In this document: positions 52,686 through 61,636 of the stretch, piece after piece
Position numbering within the stretch: position 1 is the first letter of the stretch
Layout of the letters: each line of letters opens with the position of its first letter
Assembly (NCBI GenBank): GCA_963742735.1
Contig: CAVUMN010000004.1
Span: 1,184,001-1,248,000, forward strand
DNA length: 64,000 nt
Origin: an uncultured Actinomycetes bacterium
GTDB lineage: Bacteria; Actinomycetota; UBA4738; JBBDTT01
Direction: 5' to 3'
Position numbers and translations under genes: made by a program
Notes under the pieces: generated by a model
The model's input: only the letters and a program-made list of their open reading frames with translations
What the model was told of the DNA's origin: nothing
The model's database searches: none

Positions 52686-53882
52686 ATGGGTGAGCTGGTC
52701 CCGCCGGCCGCGTCCCGGCGGCTGCAAGGCGTCGAGGGACTGCGCGGCGTCGCCGCAGCCAGCGTGGTCGTGTACCACGTGTGGAGCCACTCGACGCCTC
52801 CCCCGAACCTCGGGGGGGTCGGGCCCCACGTGCTTGGGAACCTCGCCCACGGCGTCGTGCTGTTCTTCGCCCTCTCGGGGTTCCTGCTCTACCGCCCGTT
52901 CGCGGCCGCGGTGCTTCGGGGCGAGGAGCGGCCGGGCTTCGCGGCCTACGCGCGCAACCGCGCCCTTCGGATCCTGCCCGCCTACTGGGTGATCCTGGTC
53001 CTGGTCGGGCTGGTGCTGCAGACCGCGGTGCTCGACACCACGCCGGTCCTGCGCGAGGGCGCCCTGACGGACCCCGTGCTCCTGCTGAAGGACGCCCTGC
53101 TGATCCAGAACTACGGCGGCGACTCGTTGAGCACGGGGATCGGGCCGGCCTGGTCGCTGGCGGTGGAGGTCGTGTTCTACGTCCTGCTGCCGGTCCTGGT
53201 GCTGTGGGGCGCCGCGATGGCCCGCCGGGCCCGGACCCGCGCGAGGCGGCACCTGGCCCTGCTGGCGCCTCCCGCGCTGCTCGGCGTCGCGGGGCTGGCG
53301 GGCTCGATCGCCGGCGGCGTCGTCGGAGGGATCCTCGACGTGTCCTTCCTGGCCTACGCCCACCTGTTCACCGCCGGGATGCTGCTCGCCGTCTGGCACG
53401 TGGAGTTCGAGGACGGCCGGGTCCGCCTGCCCGGGTGGTGGAGGGCCGGCGCCATCGCCGCCATGGCGATCCTCGCCGTCACCGGGGTGGCCATCGGGGC
53501 GAACCCGCGCCTCCCCGAACGGATCGAGACGCTCTTCTTCTCCCTCGTCTCGGGGCTGCTGCTCGCCCTGGTGGTCTTCGTCCCGAGGGACCGGCCCCCG
53601 CGGCTGATCCGCGTCCTCGAGACGCGACCCTTCGTGGCCGCGGGCCTGATCTCCTACAGCGTGTACCTGTGGCACCGGCCGCTCATCTCGTTCCTGGCCC
53701 GGCACGGCGTGGCGGCAGGCGGCGGCGGTCTGGCACTGCTCGCCAACCTCGCCCTGGTCGCCTCGGCGACGGCGGCGCTCTCGTGGCTGACCTATCGCCT
53801 CGTGGAGAAGCCGTCGCTGCGATGGAAGGCGCCGAGCGACGCGGCGGCCCGGCGCGAGATGGGACTGACGCCGGCGCCCTGA
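52686..53882 (+). CDS. Acyltransferase family 3 (OafA-like O-acyltransferase)
   Basis: EGLRGVAA..VVVYH, FFALSGFLL, RALRILPAYW, WSLAVEVVFY, ISYSVYLWH, LVEKP; -10 TAGGCT 7 nt before ATG. Confidence 0.9.
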   Translation: MGELVPPAASRRLQGVEGLRGVAAASVVVYHVWSHSTPPPNLGGVGPHVLGNLAHGVVLFFALSGFLLYRPFAAAVLRGEERPGFAAYARNRALRILPAYWVILVLVGLVLQTAVLDTTPVLREGALTDPVLLLKDALLIQNYGGDSLSTGIGPAWSLAVEVVFYVLLPVLVLWGAAMARRARTRARRHLALLAPPALLGVAGLAGSIAGGVVGGILDVSFLAYAHLFTAGMLLAVWHVEFEDGRVRLPGWWRAGAIAAMAILAVTGVAIGANPRLPERIETLFFSLVSGLLLALVVFVPRDRPPRLIRVLETRPFVAAGLISYSVYLWHRPLISFLARHGVAAGGGGLALLANLALVASATAALSWLTYRLVEKPSLRWKAPSDAAARREMGLTPAP

Positions 53883-53893
53883 CCCCGAAGGCG

Positions 53894-54673
53894 TCAGGCC
53901 GGGGCGGCGGCCGCCAGCCGGAGGAGCTCCGCGTGCACGGCCGGGTTCCCCGCCAGGATGTCGCCGGTGGCGACGTGCGAGCCCCCTCCGGCCCAGTCCG
54001 AGGTCAACCCGCCGGCCTCCTCGATGAGCAGCACGCCGGCGGCCACGTCCCACGTGGACAGGCCGAGCTCGAAGAACCCGTCGAACACTCCCGCCGCGGT
54101 CCAGGCCAGGTCCAGGGCCGCCGCGCCGGGACGGCGAAGGTCCTCGAACGTACGGAGGGCGACCTCGAACGCGTGCAGGTACCGGGGCAGGAGCCGGTCC
54201 TTCTGCCGGAAGGGGAACCCGGTCGCCACCACCGCCTCCCCGGGCGAACGCCCCGAGACGCGCAGGGGCTCGCCGTCTCGGGTCGCGCCGTGGTCTCGGA
54301 CCCCGACGTAGGTCTCCCCGAGCACGGGCGCGTGGACGCAGCCGACTACGGGCCGTCCGTCCTCGAGCAGCGCCACCGAGACGGCCACCGCCCAGAAGCC
54401 GTGGACGAAGTTCGTGGTCCCGTCGAGCGGGTCCACCGCCCATGTCAGGCCGCCGGCCCGTTCGCCTCCGGCCTCCTCCGACAGGACCGCCACGCCGGGG
54501 GCCTCGGCTCGCAGGACGTCCAGCACGGCGCGCTCCGCCCGCAGGTCGGTCTCGGTCACGTAGTCGCCGGCGCCCTTGGTGCGCACGTCCGCGACGGCGG
54601 TGGAGGCCCGGATCACCTCCCCGGCGGCGCGGGCGGCGCGCTCGGCGATCGCCGCCGCCCGCCGGAGGTCCAA
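53894..54673 (-). CDS. Inositol monophosphatase family protein (SuhB-like)
   Basis: DYVTETD..AE, LSEE, DPLDGTTNFVHG, RRPGAAALDL, WDVAAG..IEEAGG. Confidence 0.92.
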   Translation of the reverse strand: MDLRRAAAIAERAARAAGEVIRASTAVADVRTKGAGDYVTETDLRAERAVLDVLRAEAPGVAVLSEEAGGERAGGLTWAVDPLDGTTNFVHGFWAVAVSVALLEDGRPVVGCVHAPVLGETYVGVRDHGATRDGEPLRVSGRSPGEAVVATGFPFRQKDRLLPRYLHAFEVALRTFEDLRRPGAAALDLAWTAAGVFDGFFELGLSTWDVAAGVLLIEEAGGLTSDWAGGGSHVATGDILAGNPAVHAELLRLAAAAPA

Positions 54674-54678
54674 GCGGG

Positions 54679-55803
54679 TCAGGACCGGCGGCCGAGGAGC
54701 CGCGCGAGGAGCTTGTTGAAGTCGTCTCGCAGCGCGAGCTGGCCCTGGGTCAGCGAGACGACCTCCCGGGCCAGGGAGGCCATGACCGCGCGCTGGCGGT
54801 CGTCGGCCTCGTCCGAGGCGCTGAGGATCTCGGCCTTGACCCCCTCGATCTCGAAGCGGAGCGTCCGCTCCAGGGGCTCGAGGGCGGGCGGCCGGTTCGC
54901 GTCGAGCCGGGCCGCCAGCTCGACGATCCCGGCGTCGAGACGCTCCGAGCGGACCCGCAGATCCTGCAGCGCTGCGTACATGGTCTGCGTCGACTCCTGG
55001 AGCTCTCCGCGGGAGCGGTCGGACTGGTGCATGACCGCCTCGACGAGGGCCTCGATCGAGGGGAGGTCCGTCAGGCGCGCCTCGATCGAACGGACGCCGT
55101 CACGGACCCCCTCGACCTCGGTCTGCAGGCGGGCCAGGTGCTCGCCGACCGGGCCGGACCGCAGGGAGGCCACGTCGGCCCGCGCCGTCTGCGTCTCGCC
55201 CTGGATCAGCGCGCCGAGCTCCGCGTGGGCTTCCGAGCTCAGGCCGGCGCGAAGCTCACCCAGACTGGCGTGGAGGGCCTCCACGCCCTGACGGGCGCGC
55301 TCCACGGCGTCCCGCCGAGACCCCTCGGGCTCCCGCCCGCCGGCCGTCGCGAGCTCGTCACGAAGGCCGTCGAGCAGCGCGTTCCACCGGGCGGCGGCGC
55401 CCTCCTGGCCCTCCGCGAGCGACGCGCGCGTGCGCTCGCCCTGGGCCCTGACGAGGTCCACGAGCAGGGTCTCTCGTGGGAGCACGCCCTGCAGGTCGGC
55501 GATCGCCCCCCGCAGGGAGTCGATCTCCGCGCGCATCTCCGCGGCCGAGGAGCTCCACCCGGCCTGCTGGATCGCGTGCGCGAGCCGGGTCACGGCCGTC
55601 TCCAGCGCTCGCAGGCGTCCCTCGAGGGGAGGGCCGGCGGCGGGCGACTCCTCGGATTCCTCCGGAGCCTGCGTCTGGGCAGGCGCGAGCCGCTGGGCAC
55701 GGCGCCATCCGGCGCCGGAGAGCTTCGGCGGCTCGGTGCCCCACAGCTGGGACGAGTCGGCCTCGTCTGGGGGCGAGTCGTCGCGGTTCATTCGGTCGTT
55801 CAC
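54679..55803 (-). CDS. Hypothetical cytoplasmic coiled-coil protein
   Basis: GC3-rich frame, heptad-rich A/E/L/R composition, no signal peptide. Confidence 0.65.
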   Translation of the reverse strand: MNDRMNRDDSPPDEADSSQLWGTEPPKLSGAGWRRAQRLAPAQTQAPEESEESPAAGPPLEGRLRALETAVTRLAHAIQQAGWSSSAAEMRAEIDSLRGAIADLQGVLPRETLLVDLVRAQGERTRASLAEGQEGAAARWNALLDGLRDELATAGGREPEGSRRDAVERARQGVEALHASLGELRAGLSSEAHAELGALIQGETQTARADVASLRSGPVGEHLARLQTEVEGVRDGVRSIEARLTDLPSIEALVEAVMHQSDRSRGELQESTQTMYAALQDLRVRSERLDAGIVELAARLDANRPPALEPLERTLRFEIEGVKAEILSASDEADDRQRAVMASLAREVVSLTQGQLALRDDFNKLLARLLGRRS

Positions 55804-55860
55804 CTTCGAGGACTACGGAGGGCGGCGCGGACGCCAACCCTACAAGGTTGGGGCGGACAC

Positions 55861-55890
55861 AAAAAGGGACGGCCCGAAGGCCGTCCCTTC
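55861..55890 (-). terminator. Intrinsic terminator closing the polysaccharide locus
   Basis: Minus strand GAAGGGACGGCC-TTCG-GGCCGTCCC-TTTTT. Confidence 0.9.
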
Positions 55891-55906
55891 ACATCGATGG
55901 GTTCGC

Positions 55907-56419
55907 TCAGGCGACCAGGCTCTTGCCGCGCTGCCGGTGCCGGAAGACCAGCCAGCCGGCGAACAGCGACATCACGATCAGCGAGGCGACCCCGACCGTG
56001 ATCCCGGCCGGCGCGGTCGTCGAGGCGCTCGTTGCGGCCGAGGCGCCGACGACCGTCACGTTGACGAAGCACCGGAACCGGTTGCCGTTGCGGTCCACGC
56101 CCTTGACCCCGTACACGGCGGGACCGTTCTCCACGTCGTTCGGGGTGACGATGACGGTCTGCCAGTGCCCATCAGGAGCGACGGAGAGGTCCTCCTGGAG
56201 CACGGTCGCGTCGGTGCTCTTCTGGTGGAACCCGGCGTCCACCGTGGTTCCGGCCTTCCAGAACTTGCCACCGAACTGATTGGCCTGCCCGGGCTGCGGC
56301 GTGTGGTCCTGCGCGTTGCAGGTGGGCGGCCGGTTGGGGGGGTAGGGCACGGCAAAGGCCGGCGACGCCGACGCCACGAGGACGCCTGCGCACAGCACCA
56401 GCATCAAGGCCTTCCTCAT
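55907..56419 (-). CDS. Small secreted surface protein with Ig-like domain, S/T/A linker, C-terminal TM and basic tail
   Basis: AGGAGG SD, signal peptide AFA-V, two Cys, ASAATSASTTAPAG then hydrophobic helix and RHRQR. Confidence 0.75.
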   Translation of the reverse strand: MRKALMLVLCAGVLVASASPAFAVPYPPNRPPTCNAQDHTPQPGQANQFGGKFWKAGTTVDAGFHQKSTDATVLQEDLSVAPDGHWQTVIVTPNDVENGPAVYGVKGVDRNGNRFRCFVNVTVVGASAATSASTTAPAGITVGVASLIVMSLFAGWLVFRHRQRGKSLVA

Positions 56420-56557
56420 GAACCCCTCCTATAACGGGTAACAGACTTCGCACCCACTCGGATGCGTGGGCAAAGGGTACGGGCGCCCTTCCCCCCTGTC
56501 AAGCGTGGGCGCAGAGTCCGGATCGCGCCGTTACGGCCGGTTCGCCGGGCCCAGGGC

Positions 56558-58549
56558 TCAGAAGGAGACGATCTTCTTCCTGAAGAAGCCGGTGAGCGCG
56601 TCCCACGCACGGGCCAGGAACGGTTTCTGGAACTCGACCTCCAACTCGACGAGCGAGATGGCCGTCCCCTCGAACACCGCGCGGTTCCCGTCGACCAGCA
56701 TCCCGGGCGTGGCCCGGACGATCTTGGTGCCCGCCGGCGCTCGGATCTCCACCCGCAGGGGGGTGGGGATGATCGTGGTCTGGCCCACCACCGTCAGCCG
56801 GTAGGTCCCGTGCGCGGTGGTCCCCTCCCAGGCGGCCGGGTTCGACAGCGCGTAGCGCACGCGCCGGGTCTCACCGCTGGGGATCCGCAGGTTGCTGGGC
56901 AGGACCGTGTAGCCGAGCTCCGAGTCCAGGCCGATCCCCTCGGCGACTTCGTCCTGCTCGTAGGAGAGCAGCTCCGTGCCGCCGGGCACGTACAGGTCCA
57001 GGTTCGAGCTGTTCTCGCCGCGCGCGGCGAAGCGGGTCGGGCCGATGACGTATTTCGGCTGGCCGCGGGTGGGTGCCCCGTTGCGCAGCGTGAGGTCCAG
57101 CTGGCCGCGGCCGACGTTGCCGGCTCCGAGCTCGACCACGTAGGCGAGGGTCCGCTCCGCGAAGTAGTCGACCTTGTTCGCCCCGGCGTTGTTGACGATC
57201 GGCGCCACGACGTCGCCGGGGCCCGAGGGAAGGGCCCCGTCGGCGCCGAGCATCGCCAGGCCCGCCTGGAGCGCCTCGTCCTCGGTATGGATCGAGATGT
57301 GGCCGGCGCCACCCGCCTCCGCGAGGGCCTGCGCGGCCGCGGCGGGCGGGGCGTCCTCGAGGAACTGCGACAGCACCACCTGCGCCACCAGGCCGAGCGC
57401 GGCGTTGCGTTGCTCGGTCTCGGGCACCATGGCGTAGGCCTGGTTCGTGACGATCGGGACCACGTTCGCCGAGGTCACCTCGCCGAGCAGCGGAACGGTC
57501 AGCGGGCCGGAGACCTGCAGCATGGCGGCGAGGGCGAACGGGTCCGCGGAGATGGCGCCGTCCAGCTCCACGCCGCGGCTGGCCTCGTACATCCGCTGCA
57601 GCGCGACCGCCGCGCTCGGGAAGTCGGGCGTCAGGTTCGACACCAGGATGAATCCCGCGGCGCCCGGGTACCGGCGCGCGTAGTCCTCGTTCGGCGGCTC
57701 GATCCCGGCGAGCTCGGGGAAGTGCTCGTTGGCTTCGAAGCTCGAGAAGCGAAGCCGCCCGTCCCGCGCGGTCATCACGCTCACCGACCCGACCAGCCCC
57801 CCGGTGCCGCGGATCTCGGCCGGGTTCTCCGCGGCGAACAGGTAGCGGCGTGGGCCGTCCGCGCCCAGGAAGGCGGGGAATCGTTCGACGACCACGGTCG
57901 CCGCCTGGAGGCCCTCGCGCAACGGGGTCAGCTCGGACTCGAAGCGGGCGCGGGCCTCGGCCACCGGGCCCAGGAGCCACGTCCGCGGCAGCGGCAGGAA
58001 CGCTCGCTCCGCGGCCTCGAGGTGACCGGTCGCCGACTCGAGGGCCGGGGCGAGCGCCTCGAAGGACTCGATGGGGATCCGCCCGTCGCGAGGCCCGAGG
58101 CTGGCCAGGCCCTCGGGCAGACCGGCGATGCCGCCGGCGAGGTCCTTGCCCGCGCGGGCGACCTCGCGGCCGGCCACGGCGAGGCCCGCGGCGGCGTCGG
58201 GGGTCCGCCCCAGGAGCGGGAGCCAGCTGGTGACCCGCAGCAGCGGGCTCCGGGCGTAGCCGTGGGCCTGGATGAAGGCCTCCTCGGCGATCGTGAAGTC
58301 CCGCTCGGCCAGGGCCGGGTCACTGCTGAGCAGCGACTGCTTGGCAGCCTCCAGGGCATCCCGGCCGGCCTCCATGCGCTCGCGGACCGCGCCGGCGGGG
58401 ACGAGCCCAAGCACCAGGATCAGGACGACGGCGACCAGCAGGCCCAGCCCGTAGCGCTTCCACTTTGGCGGGAGCCAGCGCCGGCGAAGCCGGACCGGCT
58501 CGGTCGCGCGCGACCGCCCGGGGCCACGCTCGGGCGCTCGGTCGTTCAG
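56558..58549 (-). CDS. DUF4012 family membrane-anchored protein (start uncertain)
   Basis: N-terminal TM, helical stalk, YLFAAENPAEIRGTGG, SNLTPDFP, DGAISADP, NKVDYF motifs as recalled for DUF4012. Confidence 0.75.
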   Translation of the reverse strand: MNDRAPERGPGRSRATEPVRLRRRWLPPKWKRYGLGLLVAVVLILVLGLVPAGAVRERMEAGRDALEAAKQSLLSSDPALAERDFTIAEEAFIQAHGYARSPLLRVTSWLPLLGRTPDAAAGLAVAGREVARAGKDLAGGIAGLPEGLASLGPRDGRIPIESFEALAPALESATGHLEAAERAFLPLPRTWLLGPVAEARARFESELTPLREGLQAATVVVERFPAFLGADGPRRYLFAAENPAEIRGTGGLVGSVSVMTARDGRLRFSSFEANEHFPELAGIEPPNEDYARRYPGAAGFILVSNLTPDFPSAAVALQRMYEASRGVELDGAISADPFALAAMLQVSGPLTVPLLGEVTSANVVPIVTNQAYAMVPETEQRNAALGLVAQVVLSQFLEDAPPAAAAQALAEAGGAGHISIHTEDEALQAGLAMLGADGALPSGPGDVVAPIVNNAGANKVDYFAERTLAYVVELGAGNVGRGQLDLTLRNGAPTRGQPKYVIGPTRFAARGENSSNLDLYVPGGTELLSYEQDEVAEGIGLDSELGYTVLPSNLRIPSGETRRVRYALSNPAAWEGTTAHGTYRLTVVGQTTIIPTPLRVEIRAPAGTKIVRATPGMLVDGNRAVFEGTAISLVELEVEFQKPFLARAWDALTGFFRKKIVSF

Positions 58550-60192
58550 ATCGACGACCTGCCCCGGCGTGGGACCTCCTCCTGGCCCGCGTCGGATACC
58601 CCGTACGGCCCTCCGTACGAGTAGCCGTACTGGGACCGGTACCGGTAGTAGTAGCGGTAGTAGTACGGCGCGGAGCGAGCCCGGTTCAGGTCGAAGTTGT
58701 TGAGGACCGATCCGATGATGTCCACGCCGACCTGCTCCAGCTGCTCCCGGGCGTGGGCGACCGCACCCCGAGTGGTCGCCTCCGCGTCGGCCACGTACAT
58801 CACGCCGTCGCACAGGGGAGCCAGCGCCAGCGCGTCGGACACCACGAGGACCGGGGCAGAGTCGACGATGATGAAGTCGGCCACCTGGCGGAGCTCGGCC
58901 AGGAGCTCGCCCATGGCCTCGGAGCCCAGGAGCTCCGCGGGTCGGGTGGGGATGGGGCCGCTCGGGAACACGCGCAGGTTCTCGATCCCGGGATCGACGA
59001 GGGCCTCCCAGGGCTTGGCCGTGCCGGCGAGCACGTCAACGACGCCGATCTTGTTCCGGAGCTGGAAGAACCGGTGCACCCGCGGCTTGCGGAGGTCCGC
59101 GTTGACCAGGATCACCCGCTTGTCGGCGTTGGCCAGGACCACCGCGAGGTTTGCCGCCGTGGTCGTCTTGCCCTCACCCGCGCTCGCACTGGCCACGAGG
59201 ATCGTCTTGATCCCGCGCTGCGCGGCGGCGAACAGCATGCTGGTACGCAGGGTGCGATAGGACTCGGCCGCGGCGCTGCGCGGCTCGCTCACGGTCGTGA
59301 GCTTGATCTCCTCCTTCTTCTTCCAGCCGGGGACCTTCGGGATCACGGCCAGGACGGGGGCCCCCGACTGGGTCTCCAGATCGCTCCGGCCGCGGAGCCC
59401 GTCGTCGAGCCGCTCGCGAAGCAGGGCCACCACCACGCCCAGGACCAGGCCGGCGAACAGCGACAGCGCGGCGTTGGTCGGGTGGTTCGGGCTGGACGGC
59501 TCGGCGGGGAGGGCGGCCGACTGGATGACCGTGCCGGGATCGATCACGTACCCCGCCAGGGGGGCCAGCTGATTGCTGAGAACCGCGATCTGTCCGGTCA
59601 GCTCGTCCCGGCGGCTCTGCTGCCCCGGGGTGGGCTCGTCGAGTGCGTTCTGCCCGATGTCGCGGTTGAGCTGGGAGAGCTCCTTGCGCAGCTGGGACAG
59701 ACGGGCCTCCAACGGCTTCCGAAGGTCGTCGATGGCCGTCAGGGCCTGGTCGTTCTTGTACTGCAGGTAGGAGGTGGCGAACGCGTTCGCCCCCTGCTGG
59801 GCACGGAGCGGATCCGGGTCGGTGAAGTCGATCTCCAGGATGGCTGTGTTGGGGGGCGAGGAGACCGTGAGCCCCAGCGCCAGGCTCAGCGGATCGACCG
59901 CGCCGGGGACCTGCTCGGCCGCGAGCGCCGCCACGCCCTCGGACGCGGCGAGCTGGACCTCGGTGTCCATGTTCAGCTGGGAGAACTGAACGGTCAGCGT
60001 GAACGTGTTGGGACTGTTGATCGGCTTGACCAGGACCTTCGCGGTGGACCGATACAGGGGTGTCTGCCGGAGCGAGAAGAACATGCCCGCGACGAGCACC
60101 ACGGCGGCCACGACGGCGACGGACCACTTCCGGAAGCGAAGGATCCCCAGGTACTCGCGCAGCTGAAATTGAACTTCGGGCGACTCGGTCAT
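58546..60192 (-). CDS. Polysaccharide co-polymerase/tyrosine autokinase (Wzc/CpsCD fusion)
   Basis: Wzz-like N-domain with two TMs, AESYRTLRT, Walker A SAGEGKTT, ADLRKP, VDSAP, C-terminal Tyr cluster. Confidence 0.92.
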   Translation of the reverse strand: MTESPEVQFQLREYLGILRFRKWSVAVVAAVVLVAGMFFSLRQTPLYRSTAKVLVKPINSPNTFTLTVQFSQLNMDTEVQLAASEGVAALAAEQVPGAVDPLSLALGLTVSSPPNTAILEIDFTDPDPLRAQQGANAFATSYLQYKNDQALTAIDDLRKPLEARLSQLRKELSQLNRDIGQNALDEPTPGQQSRRDELTGQIAVLSNQLAPLAGYVIDPGTVIQSAALPAEPSSPNHPTNAALSLFAGLVLGVVVALLRERLDDGLRGRSDLETQSGAPVLAVIPKVPGWKKKEEIKLTTVSEPRSAAAESYRTLRTSMLFAAAQRGIKTILVASASAGEGKTTTAANLAVVLANADKRVILVNADLRKPRVHRFFQLRNKIGVVDVLAGTAKPWEALVDPGIENLRVFPSGPIPTRPAELLGSEAMGELLAELRQVADFIIVDSAPVLVVSDALALAPLCDGVMYVADAEATTRGAVAHAREQLEQVGVDIIGSVLNNFDLNRARSAPYYYRYYYRYRSQYGYSYGGPYGVSDAGQEEVPRRGRSSI

Positions 60193-60253
60193 GCTCACGG
60201 TCGTCGAAGTCTACATGCGCGTCCGGACGATTCCCGGACCGCCCCGCGTGCGC

Positions 60254-61636
60254 TCACCCTGCCTCCGGATCCGGGTCCGGGACCGGCAGCTCGGCCGTCT
60301 CCGGCGCCGCGGCGGGGGGTTCGATCCGCTCCGGATGCCGCAGCGTGCGGATGGCCAGGATCGAGTACGCCCCCATGACCAGGGCGTACGAGCTGAGCAG
60401 GGAGAGGGCGGCGCCCTCCGGTCCGAGGGCGCGGCCGAGCACCACCACCATCGGGACCTGCACGACGAGCGCCACCACGTGCACCCGGGCCGCCCGCCCC
60501 GACTGGCCCGAGGCGATCAGCAGCGGTCCCGTCCAGAAGAAGGCGCTGGTCACGAACTGGGCGGCCACGGCGATCACCAGGACGGTCGAGGCGCCCCGGG
60601 CCTCCGGTCCTCCCAGCAGCACCAGGATGGGCTCGCGGAACGCGATCACGAGGGCCCCCGCCACCAGGAGCGACGGGACGCCGAGCGAGGTCACCTGTCG
60701 CAGGAGGCGGCGGAGGTCCTCGTAGCGGCGCGCGATCCACAGCCGAGACAGGCGGGGGAGGATGACGTAGAGCGCGGGATCGCTCAGCCGGCCGAGGGCG
60801 AGCCCGGCGGCGGACCCGAGCTTGTAGATCCCCACCTCGAGCGGACCCAGGAACGCCCCGAGGACCAGGGCGGGAAGCTGGGCCTGGGCCAGCCGGCTGT
60901 AGCCGATGACGTTCGTGTGGAAGATCATCCGCAGCATGCCGCGGCGCTGATCCGCGACGTCGGCGAGCGCGGTGGGTCGAAGCGACCGGCCGGTGCGTGA
61001 CCGGAACGTCCGGGCCGCGAGCGCGACCACCCCGATCGCGCTCAGGAGGTCCAGCCCGATGAGGGCGACCATCACGGTCCGCAGGTCTCCGACCGCGACG
61101 GCGACGCCCACCAGGATCAGCCGCGCCACCTCGCGGGCGGTGGTGAATCCGAGGATCACGCCGTAGCGATCGAACAGACGGAGCGTGGCGCCCGAGGTCC
61201 CGTCGAGGGTGGAGATCAGCAGCGTCAACGAGAAGAGCAGGACCAGCGTCGTCCCCTCGGGCCCGGCGAGCCGGGGGCCCGCGAACGGGGCGACGGCGGC
61301 GAGGATCGCGAACCCCGCCACCCCCGTGAGCAGGTCCACCAGGTAGCTCATCTGGATGACCCCGGCCGCCCGGTCGGGGCCCTCGCGCAGGGCGCGGGAT
61401 CCGAACGTGATGGTGGCCTGCTCGACGCGCACGTCGGCGAACTGCTGGACGAGCGTCACCAGCGCGACCACGACCGCATACCGTCCGAACTCCTCCAGGC
61501 CCAGCCCGCGGGTGATCAGGACGATCTGGCCCAGGTAGCCGAGCGACGCGATGCCCTGCGCGGTTCCCTGCAGGAACGCGTCACGGGCCAGGCCGAGGAA
61601 CTCCCCGCGCGCGGGCCGGTCCGCGTTCCCCGTCAT
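60254..61636 (-). CDS. Oligosaccharide flippase (Wzx-like)
   Basis: About 12 TMs, ITRGLGLEEFGRY, LGPLEVGIYKLG; ATGA overlap with the asnB-like gene. Confidence 0.82.
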   Translation of the reverse strand: MTGNADRPARGEFLGLARDAFLQGTAQGIASLGYLGQIVLITRGLGLEEFGRYAVVVALVTLVQQFADVRVEQATITFGSRALREGPDRAAGVIQMSYLVDLLTGVAGFAILAAVAPFAGPRLAGPEGTTLVLLFSLTLLISTLDGTSGATLRLFDRYGVILGFTTAREVARLILVGVAVAVGDLRTVMVALIGLDLLSAIGVVALAARTFRSRTGRSLRPTALADVADQRRGMLRMIFHTNVIGYSRLAQAQLPALVLGAFLGPLEVGIYKLGSAAGLALGRLSDPALYVILPRLSRLWIARRYEDLRRLLRQVTSLGVPSLLVAGALVIAFREPILVLLGGPEARGASTVLVIAVAAQFVTSAFFWTGPLLIASGQSGRAARVHVVALVVQVPMVVVLGRALGPEGAALSLLSSYALVMGAYSILAIRTLRHPERIEPPAAAPETAELPVPDPDPEAG

